Positions 55,797 to 64,000 of a stretch of 64,000 nucleotides of DNA are shown here, one piece after another. How positions within the stretch are numbered: position 1 is the stretch's first letter; every line of letters begins with the position of its first letter. The translations under genes were made by a program, and so were the position numbers. Source of the DNA: an uncultured Candidatus Saccharibacteria bacterium (GTDB lineage: Bacteria > Patescibacteriota > Saccharimonadia > Saccharimonadales > SZUA-47); the NCBI GenBank assembly GCA_964419675.1, contig CAYQPN010000001.1:100480-164479 (forward strand), in the 5' to 3' direction. The notes beneath the pieces were generated by a model, which was not told the DNA's origin, ran no database searches, and saw only the letters and a list, made by a program, of their open reading frames with translations.

Positions 55797-57005
55797 ATGT
55801 CTAAATTAATTGGTCGTTTGCTAGGGGTTGATACGCAAGTTGCTTCCCGCATGATTACTAGATTAGAGTCTATTTGTTTGCAACCAGGAGTAGATACTAA
55901 ATTAACAGCAGAAATTATAACTAAGTCTAGAGAGAAAACCAGGGCTCTTGGATTGGACCCAGCCGACACTACAGTAAAGGAGCTTTACCATTCTCTTATT
56001 TCAAAGGCGGAGTCAGACGATAAGGGGTTAAGATTAATCTTAGGAATACGGTCAGCAACCGCTCCTGAGAATGCTGTCGAAATAATAGCCCAGAAAGCTA
56101 ATAGACTTTTGAAAAAAGATACCGCCGTAAGGATGCAACCGACTGCAGTAAAGCAACTTCTCCATGCAGTACCTCCTAAAAAAACAATGAGAGCTTTAAA
56201 ATTTCGCTCGATAGATTCTGTGCTAAAACGGCAAGATCCTTTATTAATCTATGCTATTGCAAATAAGTTAGAAGATAAGTCTTGGCATTCGCAAATTCAT
56301 GCCAGGATGAGAAGGCTTCACTCTAAGGATATTTTGGAAGGTCCTGTTGAAGTTATAACGCTCACGAAGGAGCTTAGCAAAAAACTTGCCCATATAGACT
56401 TTGATAATTTAGTCATTACGGTGCCTGAAATTGGCATGGTGCTAATAACGCCCAATATTCCGCTTGAGTCACCTGGTTCTGTGCTGCTAACCATGTGTTT
56501 GGTTCTTCAAGCAGCTCAAAAGCTTGCTATAGAATCTCTACCGCACAGAGCAGAGGCTCTAAATGTTGGTTATGAAAACTTACTGCCCGAGATTGCGTCA
56601 GGTACTATCAAGCCTTTCGAAGCCATACACGGTTTAACTCCGACGTGGGATGCGGTTTATCGACTTCTGGCTGAACACAGCAAGCAGAGAATGCCAGATT
56701 TTGAATTTTTACTTAACGATTTAGATTGGGTTTTTACTGAATCAAAACTTGCTTCAATACATCCAAAATTAGACTTCTGGGTTGATACCCATTATTTAGG
56801 GTATGATCAAGCTCAAAGACCTGTTTCTATGCACGTGGTTGATGTTACTGCTAGCTTGGTTTTGAAAAGAGAGTACGGAGAACAGATTATCTCTCATTTG
56901 CAGGCCAGTTTATGGAACGAACTTCAAGTAAGATATTTGAAGCAAGAAACGATGGAACGATTAGTGCTAGATCAGCTTAGTTTTAATCAAAGTATGGTAC
57001 TATAA
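55797..57005 (+). CDS. Hypothetical protein (402 aa)
   Basis: Long ORF with no recognisable domain. Confidence 0.45.
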   Translation: MSKLIGRLLGVDTQVASRMITRLESICLQPGVDTKLTAEIITKSREKTRALGLDPADTTVKELYHSLISKAESDDKGLRLILGIRSATAPENAVEIIAQKANRLLKKDTAVRMQPTAVKQLLHAVPPKKTMRALKFRSIDSVLKRQDPLLIYAIANKLEDKSWHSQIHARMRRLHSKDILEGPVEVITLTKELSKKLAHIDFDNLVITVPEIGMVLITPNIPLESPGSVLLTMCLVLQAAQKLAIESLPHRAEALNVGYENLLPEIASGTIKPFEAIHGLTPTWDAVYRLLAEHSKQRMPDFEFLLNDLDWVFTESKLASIHPKLDFWVDTHYLGYDQAQRPVSMHVVDVTASLVLKREYGEQIISHLQASLWNELQVRYLKQETMERLVLDQLSFNQSMVL

Positions 57006-57033
57006 TGCTAATGATTATCGGTAAAATATCGGG

Positions 57034-57690
57034 ATGAATTATTCAATTTGCATATCCGGAGCTGCAGCGGGAAACTCGGTTGATGTATCTTGTGGTTTAG
57101 CCTATGAACTAGGAGTAGCGATAGCCAAAAGTGGTCACGTTCTAACTACCGGCGCAACAGTAGGTTTACCTTTGTATGCCGCAAAAGGCGCATCTGACGC
57201 AGGTGGAAAAAGTATTGGTTTTAGTCCCGCCTCAAGTTTGCGAGAGCATGTACGAAAATACCGACTGCCCATTGGCTTTTATGATTATATAAATTTTACT
57301 GGAATGCATTATATCGGTCGTGACGTTCATCTTGTACAAAGCAGTGATGCAGTTATTACTGTTGGTGGAAGAATGGGGAGCTTACACGAATTTACAACTG
57401 CTCTCGAAGCCCATATGCCATGTGGAGTGTTGTTAGGGAGCGGTGGTTTGGCCGATAAGATTCCGGAGCTAATGGAACAGCTTGAAGAACCAGCAGGTAC
57501 CCTCGTTGTATTTGATACAGATCCGGATAAGTTAGTTAAGAAAATAGTCGCAATTCTAGATATTGTAAATAAAGACATAAGAACAGACGAGCTTAAAGAA
57601 GCTTGGATGGTTAAGGCGAGCATCTGCGAACCCCTAGCTGGGAAATATGGTTTTCTTAACGGAGAGCTAAAATCTAACCGAGCCGGGTAA
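57034..57690 (+). CDS. SLOG/LOG-like Rossmann-fold nucleotide-binding protein (TIGR00725-like)
   Basis: …ICISGAAAGNSVDVSCGLAYELGVAIAKSGHVLTTGATVGLP…VITVGGRMGSLHEFTTALE…. Confidence 0.55.
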   Translation: MNYSICISGAAAGNSVDVSCGLAYELGVAIAKSGHVLTTGATVGLPLYAAKGASDAGGKSIGFSPASSLREHVRKYRLPIGFYDYINFTGMHYIGRDVHLVQSSDAVITVGGRMGSLHEFTTALEAHMPCGVLLGSGGLADKIPELMEQLEEPAGTLVVFDTDPDKLVKKIVAILDIVNKDIRTDELKEAWMVKASICEPLAGKYGFLNGELKSNRAG

Positions 57691-57720
57691 TAACTCCATA
57701 CTTTCTAGTACAATATAGAG

Positions 57721-59682
57721 ATGAAGTTTAGGTTAACGAGCGACTACAAACCTACTGGTGATCAGCCAACGGCAATAAAGCAGTTGGTTAACGGAGTAAA
57801 TAGCGGAGTAAAAGAGCAGACGCTTCTGGGTGTTACGGGGTCAGGCAAGACCTTTACTATGGCGAATGTTATCGAGGCTACTCAGAAACCCACATTAGTT
57901 ATATGCCACAATAAGACTCTAGCAGCTCAACTGTTTGAAGAGTTTAAAAACTTTTTCCCAGATAACGCGGTACATTATTTTGTTAGCTACTTTGATTATT
58001 ATCAACCGGAGGCATATGTTGCCAGATCTGACACATTTATAGAAAAAGATAGTGCAGTCAACGAAGAAATTGACCGTATGCGTCATGCGGCAACTGACTC
58101 ACTACTGTCTAGACGAGATGTAATTATCGTTGCGAGCGTTAGTTGTATTTATGGCATCGGTAGCCCAAGTAGTTATGAGCAAATGGCGATAACTACAAAA
58201 GTTGGGGAACGGATGGTAAGAGATAAATTTATTCGTCGCCTAACAGATATCCAATATGAACGTAATGATATAGATTTTCACCGTGGAACATTCAGAGTTA
58301 GGGGTGAAGTTGTAGACGTTTTTCCGGCAGCTGAGGAAGTAGCCTTTCGGATAGAATTTTTTGGGGATGTGGTAGATAGCATTACTAAAATGGATGCCTT
58401 GACTGGTGAGATATTAAGCAAACCAGACAGATTTACAATATATCCAAGTTCACACTACGTAACTCCACAGGAAAAGGTTAAACAATCTATCCAGAAGATT
58501 GAGAATGAACTTGAGGCTAGGGTCAAAGAGTTTAAGGAAGAAGGAAAACTTCTTGAAGCACAAAGAATAGCACAAAGAACTCGATTTGATATTGAGATGC
58601 TACAGGAAACAGGCTTTGTTAAAGGGATTGAAAACTACAGCCGATATTTAACAGACAGAGAAGAAGGCGAACAGCCTGCAACGCTAATGGATTATTACCC
58701 TGATGACTTTTTAATGTTGGTTGACGAATCTCACATGACGATGCCTCAGGTAAGGGGGATGTATAACGGCGATAGAGCTAGAAAAGAAGTGTTAGTTGAG
58801 CACGGCTTTAGGTTGCCAAGTGCACTGGATAATCGACCTTTAAAATTCACAGAATTTGAAAGACACATTAATCAAGCAATATACGTTAGTGCTACACCTG
58901 CTGAATATGAACTTTCACGGTCGCCGGCACCAGCAGAACAAGTAATCAGGCCAACTGGTTTAATAGACCCAAAGATAGAAATTAGACCGATAGAGCACCA
59001 AGTTGATGATTTAATTGCTGAAATTAGACTAACAATTGATAAACACCAAAGAGTGCTTGTGACAACTCTTACAAAACGAATGTCTGAGGATTTAACAGAT
59101 TACCTTAAAGAGTTAGGGATAAAAGTAGCATATTTACACAGTGACGTCGACACTCTAGATAGAACAGATATTTTGCGCGATTTGCGTATGGGGGTATATG
59201 ACGTGATAGTCGGGATTAATTTGCTGAGAGAGGGGTTAGACCTTCCAGAAGTTAGCTTGGTAGCAATATTAGATGCCGATAAAGAAGGTTTCCTAAGAAG
59301 TGAGCAAGCTCTGGTGCAGACAATTGGTAGAGCGGCCAGGCACGTAGAAGGCAGAGTAATAATGTACGCAGACATTATGACAAAGAGTATCAATGCTGCG
59401 GTTAGTGAAACGAACAGACGTAGAGCTATACAAGAAGCCCACAATGATAAGAACGGAATAACGCCTGCAGGCATTCAAAAGTTAATAGCAGACCGTATGA
59501 GCCACGAAGAATCAGCAACAGATAAGAAAAAACATCTTAACTTGAAGAAGATTCCTAAAGAGGAATATGGGCATCTAATAAAAGACTTAACAGGACAGAT
59601 GGAGCTTGCAAGTGCCAACCTAGAATTCGAAAAAGCTGCGGAGCTAAGAGACACTATCCAAGAGGTAAAAGATAAACTTTAG
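57721..59682 (+). CDS. uvrB: Excinuclease ABC subunit B
   Basis: …[15 protein letters not shown]…, helicase motifs, and a C-terminal UVR domain (…[17 protein letters not shown]…). Confidence 0.9.
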   Translation: MKFRLTSDYKPTGDQPTAIKQLVNGVNSGVKEQTLLGVTGSGKTFTMANVIEATQKPTLVICHNKTLAAQLFEEFKNFFPDNAVHYFVSYFDYYQPEAYVARSDTFIEKDSAVNEEIDRMRHAATDSLLSRRDVIIVASVSCIYGIGSPSSYEQMAITTKVGERMVRDKFIRRLTDIQYERNDIDFHRGTFRVRGEVVDVFPAAEEVAFRIEFFGDVVDSITKMDALTGEILSKPDRFTIYPSSHYVTPQEKVKQSIQKIENELEARVKEFKEEGKLLEAQRIAQRTRFDIEMLQETGFVKGIENYSRYLTDREEGEQPATLMDYYPDDFLMLVDESHMTMPQVRGMYNGDRARKEVLVEHGFRLPSALDNRPLKFTEFERHINQAIYVSATPAEYELSRSPAPAEQVIRPTGLIDPKIEIRPIEHQVDDLIAEIRLTIDKHQRVLVTTLTKRMSEDLTDYLKELGIKVAYLHSDVDTLDRTDILRDLRMGVYDVIVGINLLREGLDLPEVSLVAILDADKEGFLRSEQALVQTIGRAARHVEGRVIMYADIMTKSINAAVSETNRRRAIQEAHNDKNGITPAGIQKLIADRMSHEESATDKKKHLNLKKIPKEEYGHLIKDLTGQMELASANLEFEKAAELRDTIQEVKDKL

Positions 59683-60368
59683 TCTATTTTCTCTGAGACT
59701 ACAATGACTCTAGATTCGAATGTTTCAGTACTTTTGTTATACTTACCCCCACAGGTTATTAAATTAAGTTGGGCTGGGATTTTTTGCTTTTTTTCAAACA
59801 GGTATTCTGCTGAACTGCCCACAGGTGCAGTTATTACTTCTATAACTTCAAAATTAACTATACTTTTGTCACCGTACTCAATATCAAACCTATCACCGCT
59901 TCTAAGATTCTTTAAGTTTTTAAAAATTCCGTCACTGTACTTTCCTGAAACATGGCCGTCTATAATACTCAAACCGACCTCACCGGGCTTAACACTTCCT
60001 GTATACCAACCGGCAAAGTTTATGTTTGAAGGCGCCGTTATCGCGTTACTAGAGTTTACTCCAACTTTTTGAATTAGACCAAAAGCACTGATGGACTGTA
60101 TGTTGATACTCCGAGGTTGGTCCGCTTCAACTATATAATCCGAACTGGTTGGTTTTGTCTCTTCAGGAGAAGAATCTTCCTGAGTTAGTTCAACGCTTTG
60201 ATCGGGCAATGTTGCTGGACCATTATTATATTGTTCTCTGTTTGAAAGTTGAAAAATACTGAGACAAAGAATTACTACAGCAACTATATTCAACAGCTCA
60301 GGCCCAAACTTTTGACTCGCCTGAGCTGCTTTTGCTTTAGCGTTTTTTGTTTGTTTGGCTTTTGCCAT
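59679..60368 (-). CDS. Sortase-family transpeptidase (class D/E-like) with N-terminal TM anchor
   Basis: His region IIDGHVSG…, catalytic LITCGG (TLxTC motif), and an N-terminal basic region plus TM. Confidence 0.65.
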   Translation of the reverse strand: MAKAKQTKNAKAKAAQASQKFGPELLNIVAVVILCLSIFQLSNREQYNNGPATLPDQSVELTQEDSSPEETKPTSSDYIVEADQPRSINIQSISAFGLIQKVGVNSSNAITAPSNINFAGWYTGSVKPGEVGLSIIDGHVSGKYSDGIFKNLKNLRSGDRFDIEYGDKSIVNFEVIEVITAPVGSSAEYLFEKKQKIPAQLNLITCGGKYNKSTETFESRVIVVSEKID

Positions 60369-62337
60369 AGCGATTTGAAACTAAGATTAATCCTAATGCA
60401 AAAGTTATTAGTGCTATAGGTGTAGAGTTGCTTTGTTTTTGAACTCCAGTATTCGGAACTGTAACTGCAGTTTTAACCGCTGGAGTAGTTGTTACGGCAG
60501 ACAATACAGCAGGTACGGATGCTCGTATTGCAGGACCTGCTGGGTCAACAATAGTTCCGTTTACTAGGCCGTCTTGGTCTAGTAAGCTACCGTCGGTAAC
60601 CTCGTAAACGATCTTTAGTGCTGGTAGTCCACCTATTGTGACGTTTGTAATGACAGCTCCAGGTATTGTTGTGTAGGTGTGCGTGGTTGGGTTATATTTT
60701 CGTGCGGTTACAGTTGAAGCATCAAACGTACCATAGAAGTACTGTGTGATTGTGGCTGTTACAGGCCCTTCATTGTCTCCTTCGCAAGTTAAAGTAAAGT
60801 TCATTATTCCGAATGGGTAATTAAAGCTAGGGTCCGCAAATAATGAGGACTCAGGTGCGACACTGACAGCTTGGTTTAGTGAACAAGGCGAAGATTCAAG
60901 AACGGCATATGAGCCAGCAACTGAGTTGAAGAAGCTTGTTACGTTAGCTTGATTTTTATCAAGTGTTTCGTCGTTATTAGCGTCGCCTGAATTTGGCGCC
61001 CCATCCTCTATACCGTTAGTATGTCCATCGCCGTCATTGTCATTAGCGCTTGTGTCCCACACAAGAGTAAACTTATCGTTCCTATGATTTCCGGCATTGT
61101 CTGTAGCTACTAGTTTAAGTACGTAAGTTCCATCAACATCAGCAGATACTGTAGTTATATCAGAAGTATCGTCACCAAAAGTTATTGTCCCTGGACCACT
61201 GAACATTGACCAAGCTCGGCTTGCAACTCCACTACCGGAATCACTAGATGAACCAACTTGAGTGAATTCTGTACCTTCAGTCCTGTCAGGTCCGGCATCT
61301 ACGGTTGGTTTAGTTGTGTCCCACACAAGAGTAAACTTATCGTTCCTATGATTTCCGGCATTGTCTGTAGCTACTAGTTTAAGTACGTAAGTTCCATCAA
61401 CATCAGCAGATACTGTAGTTATATCAGAAGTATCGTCACCAAAAGTTATTGTCCCTGGACCACTGAACATTGACCAAGCTCGGCTTGCAACTCCACTACC
61501 GGAATCACTAGATGAACCAACTTGAGTGAATTCTGTACCTTCAGTCCTGTCAGGTCCGGCATCTACGGTTGGTTTAGTTGTATCTATAACGATGGCTTTG
61601 TTAGTGGCAAGGTTAGTCGTCGGAACAAAGTTTGTCATAGGATTTAATGCTGCGTCTTTGATAATCCCAGAAACAGAAATTGACGAAACATCAAGGTCGC
61701 TAGAGTCTTCTGAATCAGCAACTGTGTAGTTACATGTTCCTGATGTAGAGCTTGTAACAGTAAAAACACAATTTCCGCCAGTATCTAGTGTGACTAAAAC
61801 ATTCCCAGTTGAAGTAACAGCTTCGGAAAAAGTAACATCAATATCTATGACTTCACCGACTGCATATGTACCGTTGGCTTTGTCAGATGATACGCTAGTA
61901 ATTGTTGGAGCCGTAGTGTCTATTACGTAAGCAAAGCTCGCGGTACTCGACCCGAATAAAAGCGTGCATCCTCGTACGTACAAAGTCTGAGACGAAGCAA
62001 CAGATATTGCGCCGGTGTAGGTAGTTCCAGAAAAGCAGCCCGGTGTTGCAGAGGTTGAATATTGAATCCAGGTGCTACCAGCCGACGTTAAGCTTACTGA
62101 CTGAGCTGAATTGTATGTGCCTGCAACTGGAGAAGCAACAGGCGTTGATGGAGCTGCTGAAGCACTCGGGACAAATAATTGTAAGGGCATTGCCCCGACT
62201 AAGATTATATAAGCCAATGCTAAATTTAGTTTTGATTTTGTAATTTGGCGTAGTTTAATACCCATTTTGGTGCACTCCTTTGTAAGACTTATTATAAAGC
62301 CCACCGTACCTGATATTATTATATCACCATCTGTCAA
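60337..62337 (-). CDS. Secreted cell-surface protein with two identical 88-aa tandem domains and a C-terminal sortase-type sorting signal (VPNTG + TM + basic tail)
   Basis: Signal peptide: …LALAYIILVGAMPLQLFVPSASA. C-terminus: …[41 protein letters not shown]. Confidence 0.6.
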   Translation of the reverse strand: MTDGDIIISGTVGFIISLTKECTKMGIKLRQITKSKLNLALAYIILVGAMPLQLFVPSASAAPSTPVASPVAGTYNSAQSVSLTSAGSTWIQYSTSATPGCFSGTTYTGAISVASSQTLYVRGCTLLFGSSTASFAYVIDTTAPTITSVSSDKANGTYAVGEVIDIDVTFSEAVTSTGNVLVTLDTGGNCVFTVTSSTSGTCNYTVADSEDSSDLDVSSISVSGIIKDAALNPMTNFVPTTNLATNKAIVIDTTKPTVDAGPDRTEGTEFTQVGSSSDSGSGVASRAWSMFSGPGTITFGDDTSDITTVSADVDGTYVLKLVATDNAGNHRNDKFTLVWDTTKPTVDAGPDRTEGTEFTQVGSSSDSGSGVASRAWSMFSGPGTITFGDDTSDITTVSADVDGTYVLKLVATDNAGNHRNDKFTLVWDTSANDNDGDGHTNGIEDGAPNSGDANNDETLDKNQANVTSFFNSVAGSYAVLESSPCSLNQAVSVAPESSLFADPSFNYPFGIMNFTLTCEGDNEGPVTATITQYFYGTFDASTVTARKYNPTTHTYTTIPGAVITNVTIGGLPALKIVYEVTDGSLLDQDGLVNGTIVDPAGPAIRASVPAVLSAVTTTPAVKTAVTVPNTGVQKQSNSTPIALITFALGLILVSNRYGKSQTNKKR
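61051..61578. repeat. Perfect 264-bp tandem duplication (2 copies) inside the surface-protein gene
   Basis: 61051..61314 equals 61315..61578 exactly. It encodes the duplicated 88-aa TKPTVDAGPDRTEGTEF…LVWDT unit. Confidence 0.85.
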
Positions 62338-62509
62338 GACCTACAAAAATGAGTTTCAATTTTAACTAAGTTAGTGTAATCAATTCATTATGTTCTCTGT
62401 TTTCAGTAAAGAAAAAAATGCTGCTATAGCATAAACTTGATGGAGTCCTGTATACTTAACTCATTAAGAAATTAATGGGTGGGCAGTTTTAAGAGAGGGT
62501 TCATCTATC

Positions 62510-62989
62510 ATGGATTTCATAAAAAATAACGCTAGAACAATTGTAATAGCACTTCTAGTCATAGGTGCAGTAAGTGCTTTAGGAAACAAAAAAGAAGAAA
62601 CAACGAGTACTGATCAAGGCCAACAGGTCACAACGACAAATGACACTGCGGTTACTAAGGAAGCCGAGGCTAGCCCTAGTAGCCCAGCAAAAGACACTCA
62701 AGTTATAGCTAAGGTCGACAACGAATACTCTGTAACAGCTCTTAAGGGCGACAACCAAACAAAATTGGTAAGACGGGTAATAGCTGAATACTTGGACTCA
62801 GTGAACGAGAAAATATCTGGCGAACAGAGACTGTTCGTCGAGACTAACTTAGTAGACGCTCTACCTAGAAATGATTTAATTTTTGTTGGTGATACTGTTA
62901 AGGTTCAAGAAACTGAACTGTCGCGTCTAGTCGCTGAAAGCAAGAACCTTACAGCTAATCAAATTTCAGCTTGGTCAAGATACCTATAA
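62510..62989 (+). CDS. Hypothetical membrane-anchored protein (159 aa)
   Basis: N-terminal TM segment followed by a Ser/Thr-rich linker. Confidence 0.4.
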   Translation: MDFIKNNARTIVIALLVIGAVSALGNKKEETTSTDQGQQVTTTNDTAVTKEAEASPSSPAKDTQVIAKVDNEYSVTALKGDNQTKLVRRVIAEYLDSVNEKISGEQRLFVETNLVDALPRNDLIFVGDTVKVQETELSRLVAESKNLTANQISAWSRYL

Positions 62990-63035
62990 AATTAATGACA
63001 ATTAGCTCGTTCTTCAGCTATACTAAATCCTAAGT

Positions 63036-63329
63036 ATGGCAAACCAATTGACTAAAGAAGACGTGCTTAAATTGGCTAACTTAGCCAAATTAAAGCTTAG
63101 CGAACAAGAAATTAAGCGCTATCAAGTCGAGCTTAGTAACATTCTTGAATATGTTGAACAATTAAGCACTGTAGATACTGAAGGGTTAAAGCCTACTTAC
63201 CAAGTGACGGGTTTGAAAAACGTATTTCGAGATGACGTTGTGCAGACTTTTACAGCTAGTGCTGAAGATCTAATGAAAATCGTGCCTAAATCAAAAGACG
63301 GCTTCATTGAAGTGAAGAGGATGATTTAG
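63036..63329 (+). CDS. gatC: Glu/Asp-tRNA amidotransferase subunit C
   Basis: …LTKEDVLKLANLAKLKLSEQEI…ILEYVEQL…. Confidence 0.8.
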   Translation: MANQLTKEDVLKLANLAKLKLSEQEIKRYQVELSNILEYVEQLSTVDTEGLKPTYQVTGLKNVFRDDVVQTFTASAEDLMKIVPKSKDGFIEVKRMI

Positions 63330-63332
63330 GAT

Positions 63333-64000
63333 ATGTCCAATATCAAAAGTCAAAAGTCAAACGTCTGGTTGCCGATATCAGATATAGCGCGTGATGTGAA
63401 ATCTGGTAAAACTACTGCAAACGATAACGTTACAAAATCGTTAAAGTTGATAGCAAAGTTAAACCCTGAATATAGCGCAATAATATCTACAATTGACGAG
63501 CGGGCATTAAGTAGAGCAAAAGAAATAGATAAAGCGGTAGCTGAGGGTAAGCCAACCGGCAGACTAGCTGGTGTGCCATTTATAGCAAAAGACAACTTTT
63601 TAGTATTTGGAGCCGAAACTACCGCAGCAAGCAACATGCTAAAAGGTTTTGTTGCACCTTACCAATCAACCGCCATTGATAAGCTCGAGGCAGAAGGCGC
63701 AATATGTGTTGCAAAGGCTAACTTAGACGCTTACGCTCATGGCGCTTCTACTGAGAATAGCGATTATTTCACTACTAAAAATCCGCATGACAAATCCAGA
63801 GTACCCGGCGGTAGTAGTGGGGGCTCGGCGGCAGCTGTGGCTCTTGGCATGGCGCCTTTTGCACTAGGCACAGACACAGGAGGCTCTATCAGGCAACCTG
63901 CCAGCTTCTGTGGTGTTGTGGGGTACAAGCCAACATACGGGCTGGTGTCACGGAGTGGAGTAGTAGCAATGGCAAGCAGTACCGACGTTATTGGGCCACT
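63333..64000 (+). CDS. gatA: Glu/Asp-tRNA amidotransferase subunit A (3' end outside window)
   Basis: Amidase signature: …GGSSGGSAAAVALGMAPFALGTDTGGSIRQPASFCGVVGYKPTYG…. Confidence 0.85.
   Translation, partial: MSNIKSQKSNVWLPISDIARDVKSGKTTANDNVTKSLKLIAKLNPEYSAIISTIDERALSRAKEIDKAVAEGKPTGRLAGVPFIAKDNFLVFGAETTAASNMLKGFVAPYQSTAIDKLEAEGAICVAKANLDAYAHGASTENSDYFTTKNPHDKSRVPGGSSGGSAAAVALGMAPFALGTDTGGSIRQPASFCGVVGYKPTYGLVSRSGVVAMASSTDVIGP

Noticed and set aside
63350-63637. 95-aa minus-strand ORF
   Set aside because: It lies inside gatA, which has an unmistakable amidase signature on the + strand.
1-64000. CRISPR arrays, rRNA genes, transposases, integrases or phage structural genes
   Set aside because: I scanned for regularly spaced direct repeats and for recombinase or transposase motifs and saw none. 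The only tandem DNA repeats are intragenic (giant protein, the 264-bp duplication, the GGY tract).

Overview
This 64-kb window looks like a low-GC, gene-dense bacterial chromosome segment. On gene content the organism is probably a Candidate Phyla Radiation / Saccharibacteria-like bacterium; this is an inference from the sequence, not something a database search confirmed. The supporting traits are a compact glycolysis / pentose-phosphate cluster with a split transketolase, sortase-anchored and giant surface proteins, glutaredoxin-like/TrxB redox genes, and no mobile-element genes.

The housekeeping core includes pheS/pheT, metK, uvrB, gatC/gatA, a DEAD-box helicase, RmuC, trxB, def, and the cluster ppa–NUDIX–gap–rpiB–rpe-like–tktN–tktC–fba–pfkB. 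A complete heme-copper quinol oxidase locus (cyoABCD, minus strand) sits next to a divergent cyoE.

The accessory part is a 12.7-kb region immediately downstream of an intact tRNA-Gln(CTG) (3433..3507). It is punctuated by partial copies of the tRNA 3' end and three related ~100-nt arm-like repeats. It carries a 1941-2054-aa repeat-rich secreted protein translationally coupled to a MacB/FtsX-type ABC transporter, a very AT-rich block of three unrecognisable ORFs, and accessory enzymes (AlkD-like, RibD_C-like). No integrase is present.

Other notable features are an identical 34-bp perfect palindrome at two loci, a sortase with an adjacent surface protein carrying a perfect 264-bp tandem duplication, and two paralogous NrdH-like redoxins.

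CDS coordinates follow the supplied ORF track. Coordinates I derived by hand (tRNA, repeats, terminators, small ORFs) should be treated as ±1-3 nt.
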